Source of the DNA: Oculina patagonica
Lineage: Eukaryota
Assembly (NCBI RefSeq): GCF_052425735.1
Contig: NC_135761.1
Coordinates: 33,418,338 to 33,482,000 of the forward strand
Direction: 5' to 3'
DNA: 63,663 nt
The position numbers and the translations under genes were made by a program. Of the stretch, positions 48,107-61,297 are shown piece by piece. The notes under the pieces were generated by a model that did not search any database, was not told the DNA's origin, and worked only from the letters and a program-made list of their open reading frames with translations. The stretch's first letter is position 1; each line of letters opens with the position of its first letter.

Positions 48107-48597
48107 CAGTAGAAGCTCCCTTAACTGACACTCTCGTAAGCGGAAAGCTCTACTTAAGGCCACCTTGTTTGAAACCCCGTTTTAACTCCCATACAAACTC
48201 TGTATTTTTACATTCTCGTAAACAGAGATTCCCGTAAGCGGCAGTGGACACTTGCAGAGATAACGACTTAAAAGAGATAACGACTTGTTTTAAAACTCCC
48301 GAAAGCGGACACCCCAAAGAAAATCTTACTAACAACCTCTGTATCTTGTTTTAATCAATCAAATTCACATCGCTGTTCGTGAAAATGATTTTACAGTTAT
48401 TACAGGACCAAATTTCAGTGCTTGGTTTGTCCTCATCCACGTCCGTCCGGTTATTGTAAATTTGGCAACCTCCCGTACGCGACCATCTATCCCCTACCCC
48501 TCTAGTGGCCGCTTACGAAAACCATTCTCGTAAGCGGCCAGCTCCAGTTACACTTTTTTCTCGTCCCGAGGGTGTCCGCTTACGAGAGCTTCGACTG
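48107..48597. mobile_element. Tc1/mariner-type MITE
   Basis: TA-CAGTAGAAGCTC...GAGCTTCGACTG-TA with CGTAAGCGG repeats. Confidence 0.8.
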
Positions 48598-49386
48598 TAT
48601 GTCGGCTTCCAAACGTGCACAGTGATGCTCAGGAAACATTTTAGCCTGGAGCCAGGCAAGAGATCAATATTCTCTGACACAGTACGTTGTTATTGTTAGA
48701 GAAAGGTATGATTATCGCTTTCTATTGTACAAATTTGACGGGAAAAGAATTAGACTTTTTGAGCACCGAGGCTTTTAGAATTCTCATTCCTTATAGGGTT
48801 TACAGCTATTTTAGTTAACGTTGTCCAGATCAAAGCTGAAAGACAATACTGAAAGGCAGTATGGGTAGAAGAAGAGAGCAAATGCACGTGTTGAATACTA
48901 AAATATATAGTGACATGACAAACGCGAATTTGCGCGTTTTCTATTTATTCAGTTATGTGAAACAAGGTGCTTTTAGTCACACTGAATTTTAGAAGAATTT
49001 TCAAAAGTCAGAGCTAAGCGACAGTGAAAGTAAAGCTACAGAAAGGCCTCCTAAGAGGAAAAACAAACTCGTGATTCCACGTGCGAAATACAAATTTGTA
49101 CATTTAATGAAGCGTATATGCAAATTTGTAGTGAATACCCAGAACGCCATACGGTATTGCCTTTTAGCTTTAAGCCTCGACCCGACAACGTTTATTGAAA
49201 TAGCTGTATACGCAGAAAACTCTAATGAATAATGGTCATTTGGGGTACACTGATACCAGTAACAGACAGCTCACAAAACGGATTTTTTTTTTCCAAATTC
49301 AACAGGGGATGACCGCTCTAGCAAAGGTTGTTTATTTAGAACCATGTGTAAACAAGCCTACCTGTGGCGAACAGTTCTGTTCAGAA

Positions 49387-49523
49387 CAGTATTGTTGGGT
49401 TTTAAAGCGCCCACCAGCAAGCGACAAAGCCGAGCTTCTCCTCCCCAAGCAACTCGTGGCTGGGTCGCTGATTGTCGCGGCTTCGCTGCTTACTGGTGGG
49501 CGCTTTAAAACCCAACAATACTG
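49387..49523. repeat. ~137-bp foldback palindrome
   Basis: CAGTATTGTTGGGTTTTAAAGCGCCCACCAG and its perfect reverse complement. Confidence 0.85.
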
Positions 49524-50679
49524 CCAGCTACCCAAGCTTACCACTGCTTTTCTCTTTGTCCTGGACACATCAGTCAGTTTAAAGAGAGGCATTGTTATAG
49601 AAGGTGTTCAGAAAAGTTTACCCGAGAGATAACCGCACATTTCAGAGAAGCACCAAAGAAACAAGGTCTACCGGAAACACGTACTAATAGAGACTGTTTG
49701 CCCTACTTGTCCATGAGCCAAATTTCAAAAGGGGCCTAAAAATAGGTTTTCGTAGCACCCCCCTTAATACCTAGTGAAATTGGTATCAAATTAAAGCTGA
49801 AGGTATGAATTTTCTTCCATCCACTTGTTACCAGGAAGGTAAGTGGTGCATAAGAGAGATATGACGTGCTTTTTACGGGGGGATAGTGGAAATGAGTTTT
49901 GCTTTGAAAATACAAGTGATGTCAAATCGCAAATACAAATCGCAAAATACGCGCCCAAAGTTGACAAAGTTGTTTACAAACACATTTAAAATTAGTATTT
50001 TGTCACATTTCACACTTTTTATGTTTGTTGCTTTCCACCCGTTGCCATGAAAACCGTAAATAAACCCATTCCTGCTATTTTCTTGATAACAAATTTTGCT
50101 GTCTTATGTTTACAACCCAATTATCACGAAAAAATCAATTGTTTTTGTGTTTTTCCCTTTTAACCTCCTTGCCTTGCTTGTACCACAATGCATCTCGAGC
50201 CCCTGTCCCGTCATGCACTTAGCAACCACACCGCAGGGTCCGCCATCTTGGAAATTTGCTGAATCAGCAGAAGGTAAGAAATTACCTGTTTTCGCAAAAT
50301 AGTCTCCAATTATCTTTTAATCAGTTTCTAGTGTAGTAGTTCGTCTTATAACCATCCTGGTATTTGTGAGACATTTTTAAAACAATTTGCAACATGTAAT
50401 AAGGCAATCACTTACATTGAAGCACTACAGTGGCTACAGTGGAGAGGATTCAAGTCGTGGCTTCAGAACAACGGCCACCGACCCAACCAACTACTTAAAA
50501 CTCACTAATGCCATGGTGGACATTAGTAAATACATTTCCGCTGAGAATTTTAATAGGCTTCTCGTGATGGCAAATTTCATCAAGATTCTTCATATTTTCA
50601 AGTTATATAGTGGAGAATACAATGGTTCCTTAAAAAGTTCTGGAGAACATACTTTGAAATGATTTCGTTCTGCTGACAT

Positions 50680-52772
50680 TTATCAGAGCAACCAGAGTAG
50701 GCGACTGGCCCCTCCATCTTGAGTGCATTAGGGAAATGCTGCCATGGTATTTCGCCTATGCTCGTTACCTACCTGTTTACCTGATACAAATGATTCAGCT
50801 ACCAGAAACCCACCTTGAAGCTCAATTGATGTCAGAGAATGGAAACTTTGGCATCCAGAGGAACACTAAACATGGATTTGCCCAACTTTCCGTTGACCAG
50901 ACCATAGAACAAACTTTAAACAGAAGTACGAAAACAAAACGTGGCATCGTTGGCTTCAGTCTCAAAAAGAATGCGGTACAGCGATGGATCTTAACTACGC
51001 ATTCTCGTGCCCTTTTTGTTGACAAGTGTCGTAGAATGACAGGCAAGAAAAAGAAGATTGTCTTCACATTGAAGCTGGGAAGTCTCGGATGAAACGCGAC
51101 AAAAGATGAGAAAAGTAATGGAGGTTGTCGGGAATTTGAACCATCAGAGGAACTCGCCAGTCTTAGTTCTGGTTGTGTAGCGACTGAAACCAACAAGTTA
51201 GATTTATATGCCGCCAAAGGGACAGAAACAGAAACTCTGACAGCGTTTGCGAGGACAGACTGCTGAGTGATTCTGTAGGTTTCTTTGAGACACTGTCCAA
51301 GTTGAAGCTTGGTACGTTCCGTGACGTTCAAAGGAAGACAACCGTGTCGAAGGGAGGAAGTGCTGTCATTTTACTGTAAGAAAATAAAATAAATATTTCT
51401 GCTGGATTACTCATTATTGGTCGCTGGCGCGCTAGTGAAAACCAACAAAGCGGCAAACTTCTAGAGGATGGGGTAGAGAGTCTTCAGGTCTTGCCAGCTC
51501 AAACACCAGCAGTCCTCGACGCAATGGCAATGCTTCAAACGGTGAGGAAGATACCAGAGGGATTCTCTGACTTGGCAGTTATGATTTTCAAGAGAATGCT
51601 GATGCAGGCAGGGGAAACAAGAAGAGATGACTTTGTTTGAGATCAGTACCCAGACATCTGCATCAAGAACATAGAGATGGGAAGAAGAAGCAAGACCGGT
51701 CAACTAGCCGTCGCCATAACTAGCTCCCAGCAGTTCTGTCTACGCCAGTGGAAAAAGTACTTGTTATGCGGTAGCAACAAAGTGCGTCTTCTCAGGTTCC
51801 TTCTGGGTACAGGTCGAAGAAAGAATCTGCTGAAAGGATTGGCAGCCGTGTAATATATGTTATCCATGGCAACTACTGCACCAAGCTTGTCGTCATAGAT
51901 GGATGTATGACAGCGACTGACGAAACTGAACTGCATACCGACCAGGAGGAAGCTGATACACGGATGTTCCTCCATGCGAAACACGCTTCTTCACATGAAC
52001 ATCTATTGAAGTGGTGGCATGTCACCACCAATCAGCCATTCCTGCCGAACTGATCTTGATAAGTGGAAAAAGAAGTAGATCCCACTTGATAAGCGTTCCC
52101 CGGCTGTTCGAGAAGCTGGGTCCCAGGGTATGCTGAGTCCTCCCTAGTTTGCATTCGTTAACAGGTTGTGACGCTATGAGTTCATTTGCAGGCAAGGGCA
52201 AGAAAAGAGCGTTTGAAATGGACAGAGACGGCCAAGTCATGAGTGACAGTGTCCAAGTTATTGGAGAGAGCCTTACCATGAGCGGGCAGTGCATTATCAG
52301 GATGCAAGAAGTGGTTTGCATGTTGTACAACGATAATCGGTGCAAGCTGTTCAATGATCTCTGTTACAAAATGTTTTGCAAGGGCAAAAACGTACAGTCT
52401 CGCCAACTCCTGCCAACAAGAGCTGCCTTCCGATACCACTTTAAGCGAGCCAACTACCAATTTTTTCTCTGGAAGAAAGCCCTACAACCTAGAATTGAGC
52501 AAGATCTGGTAAGCAATGGATGGAAAATGATGGAAGGACTCCTTGGGATCGTTTGGACAGACCTGGCGCCATCTCCACTGGCTGTGATGGAAATAGTTTG
52601 CTGTGGGTGCCGCGGCATTCGCCAAACGATTTTCAAGCGATTTTCATGTGTCGGTAAAGGCTTGCCTTTCACAGAAGCTTGTGCTTGCTCTGAAAATTAC
52701 ATGAACAGTGCAACAGACTTTAAAGATGGAGATGACAATGTTAATGACGGCGACGAGGGTGAAGACGAATAG
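50680..52772 (+). pseudogene. Academ-type transposase/XPG-like nuclease with C-terminal cysteine cluster, decayed
   Basis: YARYLPVY, DQTIEQTLNR, QEEADTRMFLHA (manual translation ~51943), HSLTGCD..S.FAGKGK, KRANYQ, terminal Cys cluster. Confidence 0.75.
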
Positions 52773-53070
52773 AAAAGCACTGGACTCAGGCTATGGCTGA
52801 AAGATATGGAATAAACAGATTATTGCATGTAGAAAAATTTCTTTTAAGACAAATATCGGTGTTGCCTGTTTCTTGTTGTTAGAAACTGAAATTTGCATTC
52901 TGTTTGTTGTAATATCCTTTATGCTTTGCAACAGTTAAAATAAAAGTTATAAAGAACGTGTATTGCTAAATAGCAAAATAAAATGTAGTTATTTAGAGCC
53001 TCAGCTTAACTTATTTCGAAACTTGCTTTGTTCCTTTGCTCTTCTTGAGTGTAACCTTAGTTTGAACTTA

Positions 53071-53331
53071 CCGTATTTTCTCGATTAAACGCCGGGCCCC
53101 GAATAAACGCCGGGTCTCCAAGGTGAAGTTGTAAATAAGCCCCTCAAGCATTTATTCGGGGTGTAGAATGATTTAGGAAAAGTGGCAAAATATATGGCTG
53201 TCAAAACTAAAGAACGGAAACCCTTGGTTATAAACATCGGGCTTGAATAAGCTGCAGGATTCGAATAAACGCCGGCTCCATCAGGCCAAGTTTGATATAA
53301 ACGCCGGGGGCGTTTAATTGAGAAAATACGG
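53071..53331. mobile_element. pogo/Tigger-like MITE nested in the Academ element
   Basis: TA-CCGTATTTTCTC.ATTAAACGCC ... GGCGTTTAATTGAGAAAATACGG-TA. Confidence 0.85.
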
Positions 53332-54347
53332 TACATGCATTCTGGTGTTGCAAAAACATTTTTTACAAGCATAAGTACAAAGTGAGGTTTTAAATATGGC
53401 AAGAGTCGCCTTAAGAATTCATGTGAGCCCATTTACGTCCACAATTAATGGCCATTTTGTGAAAAAAGACATTCCTTACCTTGTGTTAATTCATCAAACT
53501 TCCAGCATGAGGGACCCTGCCGTGTGTTTGGTAAATGCATGATGGGACAAAGGCGTGAAATGCATTTTCGTACAAACAAACTCATGCGATAACAAGGAAA
53601 AAACACAAAAAGAATTTTGTTTCCGTGCTAACTGGGTTGTAATCATAGGAAACAGCATTTGCAATTAACGAAATAGTAGCAATGGGATATATCCATGGTT
53701 TCCATGGCAACAGGTACAAAAGGCTGGCCACAAAATTATGAAAAGTGTGAAATATGAAAAAAAACTAATTTTAAGTATATCTGTAGAAGATTTAATCAAC
53801 TTTGGGCGAGTATTTCGTGATTTATATTTCAGTTTTTTCATCACGTGTATTTACAATGTAAAAAGCATCCCCACCTCCCCCTCGAAAAAACCTTGTCGTA
53901 TCTCCCTTATGCACCAGTAACCATCCTGGTAACAAGTAGTTTTAGAAAATGTTCACCATTAGCTTTAATTTGATACCAATTTCACTAGGTGTTAAGGGGG
54001 GTGCTACGAAAATCCATTTTTGGGGTCTTGGCTCATGGACTATACATATACAGTCGTCCTAACTGTCACTTTTTGGCACATGTTCTAATACAGAACTGTA
54101 AAACATGACATGTGACAGATTTGACAATAGAGTTTTTACACTCCAATTTACAATTTATAAATGAATTAGCTGTAAATAAATGGAAAAGAATGTACCATGC
54201 GATGCGATTTAGCCGTTTATAACTAGTATTGAAAAGCCTCTCCTCGCTGAAATAATCATGAGCATTGATGAATGAAAAATTGGGCTGTACGATCAAATAA
54301 TTGGGTGTTGAAGGTGGCAAATCAAAAAGGTTACTAAATCTTTTGCA

Positions 54348-57022
54348 ATCGCAGTTTCCGCATGCAGTCACTTCTCCTTCCCAACTTTCTGCAGTCGACC
54401 CCGATGCTCCAGTTTAACAGCAAGACATCATCAGGTAATTGTCAGTTATTTTTTTTTTCAGTTTATAAGGGTTGTAATTGAAACCAAATCTATTTTGGCA
54501 CGTAGAATCACCTAAAGTTGAAATTACGACTCAGTCATGGCATGGAGACGACAAGGAAAAGAAATGTGGAGGCACGCGGAGCTGATGAGAAATCAGAGAA
54601 TAAAGGAGCGAGTACTTCCCAACAGTGGGTAGTAAGAAATACTCATATTTTTATACTTTGCTATCACAAAACAAATTAGTTAGTCAAGTAGATATCCAGA
54701 ATTACCTGGCCTACACAATTAAGATAATGGAGTTATCATCAAAGTATGAGTGGCGCTCAATACTCTTATATGACAATGAGTTTCGTAAGTTACAGGCTAT
54801 TAATAGTTTTCCATGGAGTTTTGACTCACCACACCTTCATACAGTCATGCTCCAGCCCATATTCAAGGCCTCATTCGCCAACATCGCAGTTTCCGCATGC
54901 AGTCACTTCTCCTTCCCAACTTTCTGCAGTCGACCCCGATGCTCCAGTTTAACAGCAAGACATCATCAGGTAATTGTCAGTTATTTTTTTTTTCAGTTTA
55001 TAAGGGTTGTAATTGAAACCAAATCTATTTTGGCACGTAGAATCACCTAAAGTTGAAATTACGACTCAGTCATGGCATGGAGACGACAAGGAAAAGAAAT
55101 GTGGAGGCACGCGGAGCTGATGAGAAATCAGAGAATAAAGGAGCGAGTACTTCCCAACAGTGGGTAGTAAGAAATACTCATATTTTTATACTTTGCTATC
55201 ACAAAACAAATTAGTTAGTCAAGTAGATATCCAGAATTACCTGGCCTTCACAGTTAAGATAATAGAGTTATCATCAAAGTACGAGTGGCGCACAGTACTT
55301 TTATATGACAATGAGTTTCGTAAGTTACAGGCTATTAATAGTTTTCCATGGAGTTTTGACTCACCACACCTTCATACAGTCATGCTCCAGCCCATATTCA
55401 AGGCCTCATTCGCCAACATCGCAGTTTCCGCATGCAGTCACTTCTCCTTCCCAACTTTCTGCAGTCGACCCCGATGCTCCAGTTTAACAGCAAGACATCA
55501 TCAGGTAATTGTCAGTTATTTTTTTTTTCAGTTTATAAGGGTTGTAATTGAAACCAAATCTATTTTGGCACGTAGAATCACCTAAAGTTGAAATTACGAC
55601 TCAGTCATGGCATGGAGACGACAAGGAAAAGAAATGTGGAGGCACGCGGAGCTGATGAGAAATCAGAGAATAAAGGAGCGAGTACTTCCCAACAGTGGGT
55701 AGTAAGAAATACTCATATTTTTATACTTTGCTATCACAAAACAAATTAGTTAGTCAAGTAGATATCCAGAATTACCTGGCCTTCACAGTTAAGATAATAG
55801 AGTTATCATCAAAGTACGAGTGGCGCACAGTACTCTTATATGACAATGAGTTTCGTAAGTTACAGGCTATTAATAGTTTTCCATGGAGTTTTGACTCACC
55901 ACACCTTCATACAGTCATGCTCCAGCCCATATTCAAGGCCTCATTCGCCAACATCGCAGTTTCCGCATGCAGTCACTTCTCCTTCCCAACTTTCTGCAGT
56001 CGACCCCGATGCTCCAGTTTAACAGCAAGACATCATCAGGTAATTGTCAGTTATTTTTTTTTTCAGTTTATAAGGGTTGTAATTGAAACCAAATCTATTT
56101 TGGCACGTAGAATCACCTAAAGTTGAAATTACGACTCAGTCATGGCATGGAGACGACAAGGAAAAGAAATGTGGAGGCACGCGGAGCTGATGAGAAATCA
56201 GAGAATAAAGGAGCGAGTACTTCCCAACAGTGGGTAGTAAGAAATACTCATATTTTTATACTTTGCTATCACAAAACAAATTAGTTAGTCAAGTAGATAT
56301 CCAGAATTACCTGGCCTTCACAGTTAAGATAATAGAGTTATCATCAAAGTACGAGTGGCGCACAGTACTTTTATATGACAATGAGTTTCGTAAGTTACAG
56401 GCTATTAATAGTTTTCCATGGAGTTTTGACTCACCACACCTTCATACAGTCATGCTCCAGCCCATATTCAAGGCCTCATTCGCCAACATCGCAGTTTCCG
56501 CATGCAGTCACTTCTCCTTCCCAACTTTCTGCAGTCGACCCCGATGCTCCAGTTTAACAGCAAGACATCATCAGGTAATTGTCAGTTATTTTTTTTTTCA
56601 GTTTATAAGGGTTGTAATTGAAACCAAATCTATTTTGGCACGTAGAATCACCTAAAGTTGAAATTACGACTCAGTCATGGCATGGAGACGACAAGGAAAA
56701 GAAATGTGGAGGCACGCGGAGCTGATGAGAAATCAGAGAATAAAGGAGCGAGTACTTCCCAACAGTGGGTAGTAAGAAATACTCATATTTTTATACTTTG
56801 CTATCACAAAACAAATTAGTTAGTCAAGTAGATATCCAGAATTACCTGGCCTTCACAGTTAAGATAATAGAGTTATCATCAAAGTACGAGTGGCGCACAG
56901 TACTCTTATATGACAATGAGTTTCGTAAGTTACAGGCTATTAATAGTTTTCCATGGAGTTTTGACTCACCACACCTTCATACAGTCATGCTCCAGCCCAT
57001 ATTCAAGGCCTCATTCGCCAAC
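54348..57022 (+). repeat. Tandem array of five 535-bp units
   Basis: Units start at 54348, 54883, 55418, 55953 and 56488; ORF spacing is exactly 535. Confidence 0.97.
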
Positions 57023-57120
57023 AAAACATCACAACTTAATGCCCCTTCAACACGCACCGCATTATTTGCATAACTTTAACATTACAAAACTGCAATTTTG
57101 CACATGTGTGCAACTACAAT
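56765..57120 (+). pseudogene. DIRS/Ngaro gag-like fragment (its 5' part is repeated in each array unit)
   Basis: YEWRTVLLYDNEFRKLQA...W motif; after the last unit a shifted frame gives NCNFAHVCN (CCCH-finger-like). Confidence 0.65.
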
Positions 57121-57779
57121 TTTGCGCTGCACTGTCAGTTATATATTATAAGGCAAAGTTTACCCGGTATACCCATTCTATGTAGCTTTAGCGAAAGCAG
57201 TATATAGCCAACAGCAACTTTATTTAGCAATCTATTAGCACTCAGTCATTTAGGCTTTAGTTTTAAAAATTTGCCCGCCCACCCACTTCCAGGGCTGTCT
57301 TGTTCAGTTTTTAGTGTATTATCCTTGTAAGTGATTATTGAATATAAGATAAGAATTGTTAACTATGGGCTGTTGTTTGTATCAGTTAATTATTAGTGAT
57401 CCGTAAGATCTTTAGAAGTTAAGTTTTATGTTACATGTTAGTTGATGTTGTATTGTATTGTTATTGTTTATATTGTTAATTTTTTCTATTTTTTTTAATG
57501 CAATGGTTCTACATCACTGTTTCGTTGGAAATGAAATCTTAATTTGTTATGATTACTTTACAATTAATAATTAAGCAGAGAATTGCGTTACAATCAATAA
57601 TTATTTGTAATTAGTGTTATCGGCAATATTGAGATCACCTCCGAATTCGTCCGGAAGATAAAGAACTAAATAAGAGCCATGGGGTATGTACAATAAATAT
57701 GTAATCATTCGATTTGTTATGTATAATTATCATTGTAATATTGATACAGGTTTCGAAAGACTCACAGCTGTAAACCAGA

Positions 57780-58223
57780 TACAATCCTAAATAAGACAGC
57801 AACCAACAGAGAGTCCTTTGAGACGTTGGTAAACTTATTAAGTGTAATTTAAAGCAATGTAACTTTAATGAATTCACTACCAAACTACTCTTCAAACTTC
57901 GACTTGAAAATCTTCTTTAATTTCCAACTTGAGAGGAGAAAAGGCTTCTCTTTCTCAGACCTGTTATTATAAGAATGTTTGTAATCAAATTTGTCAATTG
58001 CAGTTCAAGTAAACTATTTTTTTTGGAATAATTTGTGTAATATGTATAAGCAGGTATTAGCAGTAGAATATCTTAATTGTATGTAAAAAAAAAACCCTAA
58101 GTAATATATTGTAATTTTAGCAACTACCCTTTTTTTCTTTTTTTTTTCCTCTCCTTTTTCTGTGTATTTAATTTTTTTGTAAAGTTTGTGTGTTGTCAAA
58201 TAAAGTTCATTAAAAAAAAAAAA
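57780..58223 (+). mobile_element. LINE (L1/Tx1-like) extreme 3' end
   Basis: ORF2-end-like FNEFTTKLLFKLRLENLL*, AT-rich UTR, A tail at ~58212-58223. Confidence 0.55.
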
Positions 58224-58640
58224 CAGCAAAGGACTTCTGTGTCACAGACGTAAGTCGCAGTAGTCTTGCTAAACGAACCAACCACATTTTCACGAGGGGG
58301 CTTGTGGGGGCCTCTGAAGGTCTATTGTCAACAATAAATACAAAATGTTCTTTAAGCTTTCCAGTAACAGGGTTTCGAAACAGATGGTCCAGTGCAGGAT
58401 TATTCAGCAGAAGGAAAAGCTCATTGAATACTTGGTGGACGGTCTCTGGTTTGAAATATGACAAGTTTAAGAGAGTGGTATGTTTCCTAAAATGTTGTCC
58501 TTTTTTTTCCTTTAACAGGCTGATGAAGCGTCTGGCGATTCTGTTTTCTTTGTCAGTAAAGGGAAAACTTTCATCCATGGGAAGAACGAAACCCACGAGT
58601 TTGCTGACTTCAAAATGAAGATCGTGGGAGAAATCCACCC
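58224..58640 (-). pseudogene. Second copy of the Zator-like transposase core
   Basis: Near-identical to ~15194-15430; FVFIVDNRPSEAPTSPLVKMWLVRLARLL. Confidence 0.75.
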
Positions 58641-59607
58641 AAACTCTGAAAGTGGCGGCGGCGGTGAGGGAATGTGGCTATTTAGCTGCATGGGATATTC
58701 GTTTTCGAAACAAATAATAAAGGAAGACTCAATTACTGGAATTGTTTTAATTTAAGTATATAAATGTTTTGATAATCTTCCATGGTACCGAGATTATGAA
58801 AATTGTGTTGCAAGGCGAACTCTTATTGCATTGCTGCAAGTTGTGTTGCTGAAAGTCCCTTTATCAGTTTAACAGTGAACTCTTTCGACACGTACTGGGT
58901 GAAATATAATCCCGAATTTATAACCTCAGTAAAACATTTCACATTGGTAAGATCGAATGTTCTGTGTGATGCGCATTACGGCGGATATTCGAATATTTTA
59001 AATTATCCCATCTTTTAGCAAACTGTAATCCAGTAATTCAAAGTTTAAATATTTTATCAGCGATCAATTTTTTCATTGAAGCACATTCCCATGGCAACGC
59101 AAATAGTTATCTTGTTTTGAACCATTTCAGGTTATTTTGCCAAGTCAGTTGATCTACATTTGTAAATATTCCTAATGACAATTAACATGGGGATTGAGGC
59201 CATCGGGAGTCAAACCAGCTCAGGACTAGAAAAATGTATCAGGTTTCCGCTGCCTTAGTAGCCACTTCGGACAGTGAATTATAACCAGGAAAGGAACTCA
59301 GTCAGCGGATAATCTTACTAGAGCATAATTTCTTTTGTCAAGTAAATTCTGACCTAGTCAATAGGCTAGTAGGTAAAAAGCTTATAAATTAAACAGAATT
59401 GCAATACAACAAGGCCAAATTTATTTTAAAAAAATAATGTACCTTTTTATATTTCCTTTTCCTTCCAGGCAAATACCGCTGGCAAGCAGCGACTTTGACA
59501 GTCGTCAAAAAATCCTTAATTCGTTGAGGGCTGTATTCCCCAATGGCACATTGTCACTTGGGGAATCAGCCAGCAACAAAATTGTTGCAAAGTACTTCAC
59601 CCACCTG

Positions 59608-59904
59608 GAGGCGCGGTGGCCTAATGGTTAGCGCGCTCGACTCCGAGTCGAACGGCCCGGGTTTGAGGCCTGGCCGGGGCGCTGCGTTGTGTTCTTGGGC
59701 AAGGCACTTTACTCTCACAGTGCCTCTCTCCACCCAGGTGTATAAATGGGTACCGGCGAACTTACTGCTGGGGGGTAACACTGCGATGGACTAGCATCCC
59801 ATCCAGGGGGGAGTAGCAATACTCCTAGTCGCTTAATGCTACATAAACCGGGATAAGCTCCAGCTGTATGGGCCCCTGGCTCGGAAACAGACTTTACTTT
59901 TTTT
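59608..59904 (+). mobile_element. tRNA-derived SINE, same family as 42000
   Basis: 15-bp TSD TACTTCACCCACCTG; empty site at 62281-62296. Confidence 0.95.
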
Positions 59905-61163
59905 TACTTCACCCACCTGAAAAAAAAAATATGTAAACAGTGTGAGTGAAGATGAAAGTCTCAAACGAATATGCTACCAAACTGATTCTCTTGGCAGACA
60001 AAGCCATTCCTACCGGCTTCTCTCACCAGAGGTATGTATCATCAATTCATTAATCCCTGCATCGCTCTCATTAAGGGCCACATGTGAGAGCAATAGTACA
60101 TGTAAGAGTTCTTATTAACAACAACTATTATTATTTAATAATATTATTATATTATTATTATTATTACTAAAGTGTTACCATTGAATCTAAATCAGTGCCA
60201 ATAACAAAAACAATAGACTTATTCATTGAACCATTATTTCTTTCAATCAACTTGCCACTGTCATTCACAACATCATGGCATTTAATCAAGGCCATCATTA
60301 GTCTTAGAGGTTAAAGGAGTCAGACTAAAAAGGAAAGTATGGTATGGTTACTCAATTTAAACCAACCTGGAAAATTAGAAACAAGGACTGGGAACGAGAA
60401 GCAATGCTCTCACAACTTGCAACATGATCAATTCACAATGTAGAAATGGAAATGGAAGCTATGGCAATCATGACTACCATGCTGTGGAATCACTTACTAT
60501 AAAAGGGTTCAATTCTCTTAACTAACAATCTAAAAGCAGCCTGTTTATCCAAAAATTTCATCATCGTCATGTAGTTATAAGAACGCAGAATTTTGTAATG
60601 CTGTGCTACTTTTTTGTGCTGAAATGCAAATGATTGTACCACGATTTTCTGCTCGTGTGCCTTAGAGACATCCGTTGACTACCGCCCATTGATTGCATTG
60701 CAAGTTGTGAGAGCATCTTTCAGATGTCTTAAAAGAGAATGTGTGGGAAGTTCCTTCCCCCCCCCCCTGATTATAATGTTTGAAAAACTGTTGTCCCAAA
60801 ATAAATAACCAGGCAAGAAAACCACAAACAAATGAAAGAATGCAATGACGTGCCATCAAATGATTACTTTGTAAATTTTTAGATTTACAGTGCTGTAAAA
60901 AATGTACAATAATTTAATTTTTATAAGTGCTGTTTTATGATCGAGAGTTAGGATAATCCAGAATTAGACTGTAATTGCTCATGCATTCCATTTTGCTGAA
61001 AACATATTGGATAGTACATATGTATAGTACCAGATTAATTCCTGGGAGAAGTAGGGGAGATTATCACTTCCTAATTAATCATTTTACAACTTACAGATTA
61101 CCCGGAAACATTAATTTGTGTTTACTTCATCTGTCATTACAACTAACTTAAGCTTTATTTTAG

Positions 61164-61297
61164 GTTCACATTGACAATGGCTTTGTATTGAGTGAGGAAG
61201 AGAGAGTATTTTTCACCAACAAAGACTTCTCTTTATTTACCACCAACTTCAACACACAACTATTAAATTTTGCTCACTTGCAAAACTTTTTTAGAAG
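61164..61297 (+). CDS. Putative coding exon (VHIDNGF...NFFR) of an unknown gene
   Basis: TTTTAG acceptor, GTAAGT donor, open frame, phase 0 to 2. Confidence 0.5.

Larger units (their letters stand above)
49707..54042 (+). mobile_element. AcademX-like DNA transposon, both ends present
   Basis: Long imperfect TIRs T(T/A)GTCCATGAGCCAA..CGTAGCACCCCC..CCTAGTGAAATTGGTATCAAATTAAAGCT; 3-bp TSD TAC at 49704-49706 and 54043-54045. Confidence 0.8.

Noticed and set aside
49225-49632. Overlapping ORFs on both strands with similar peptides
   Set aside because: A consequence of the DNA palindrome, not evidence of coding
54348-57022. CRISPR-like or multigene array
   Set aside because: Units are near-identical head-to-tail repeats with no unique spacers; the ORFs start at GTG and are chimeric across the unit junction
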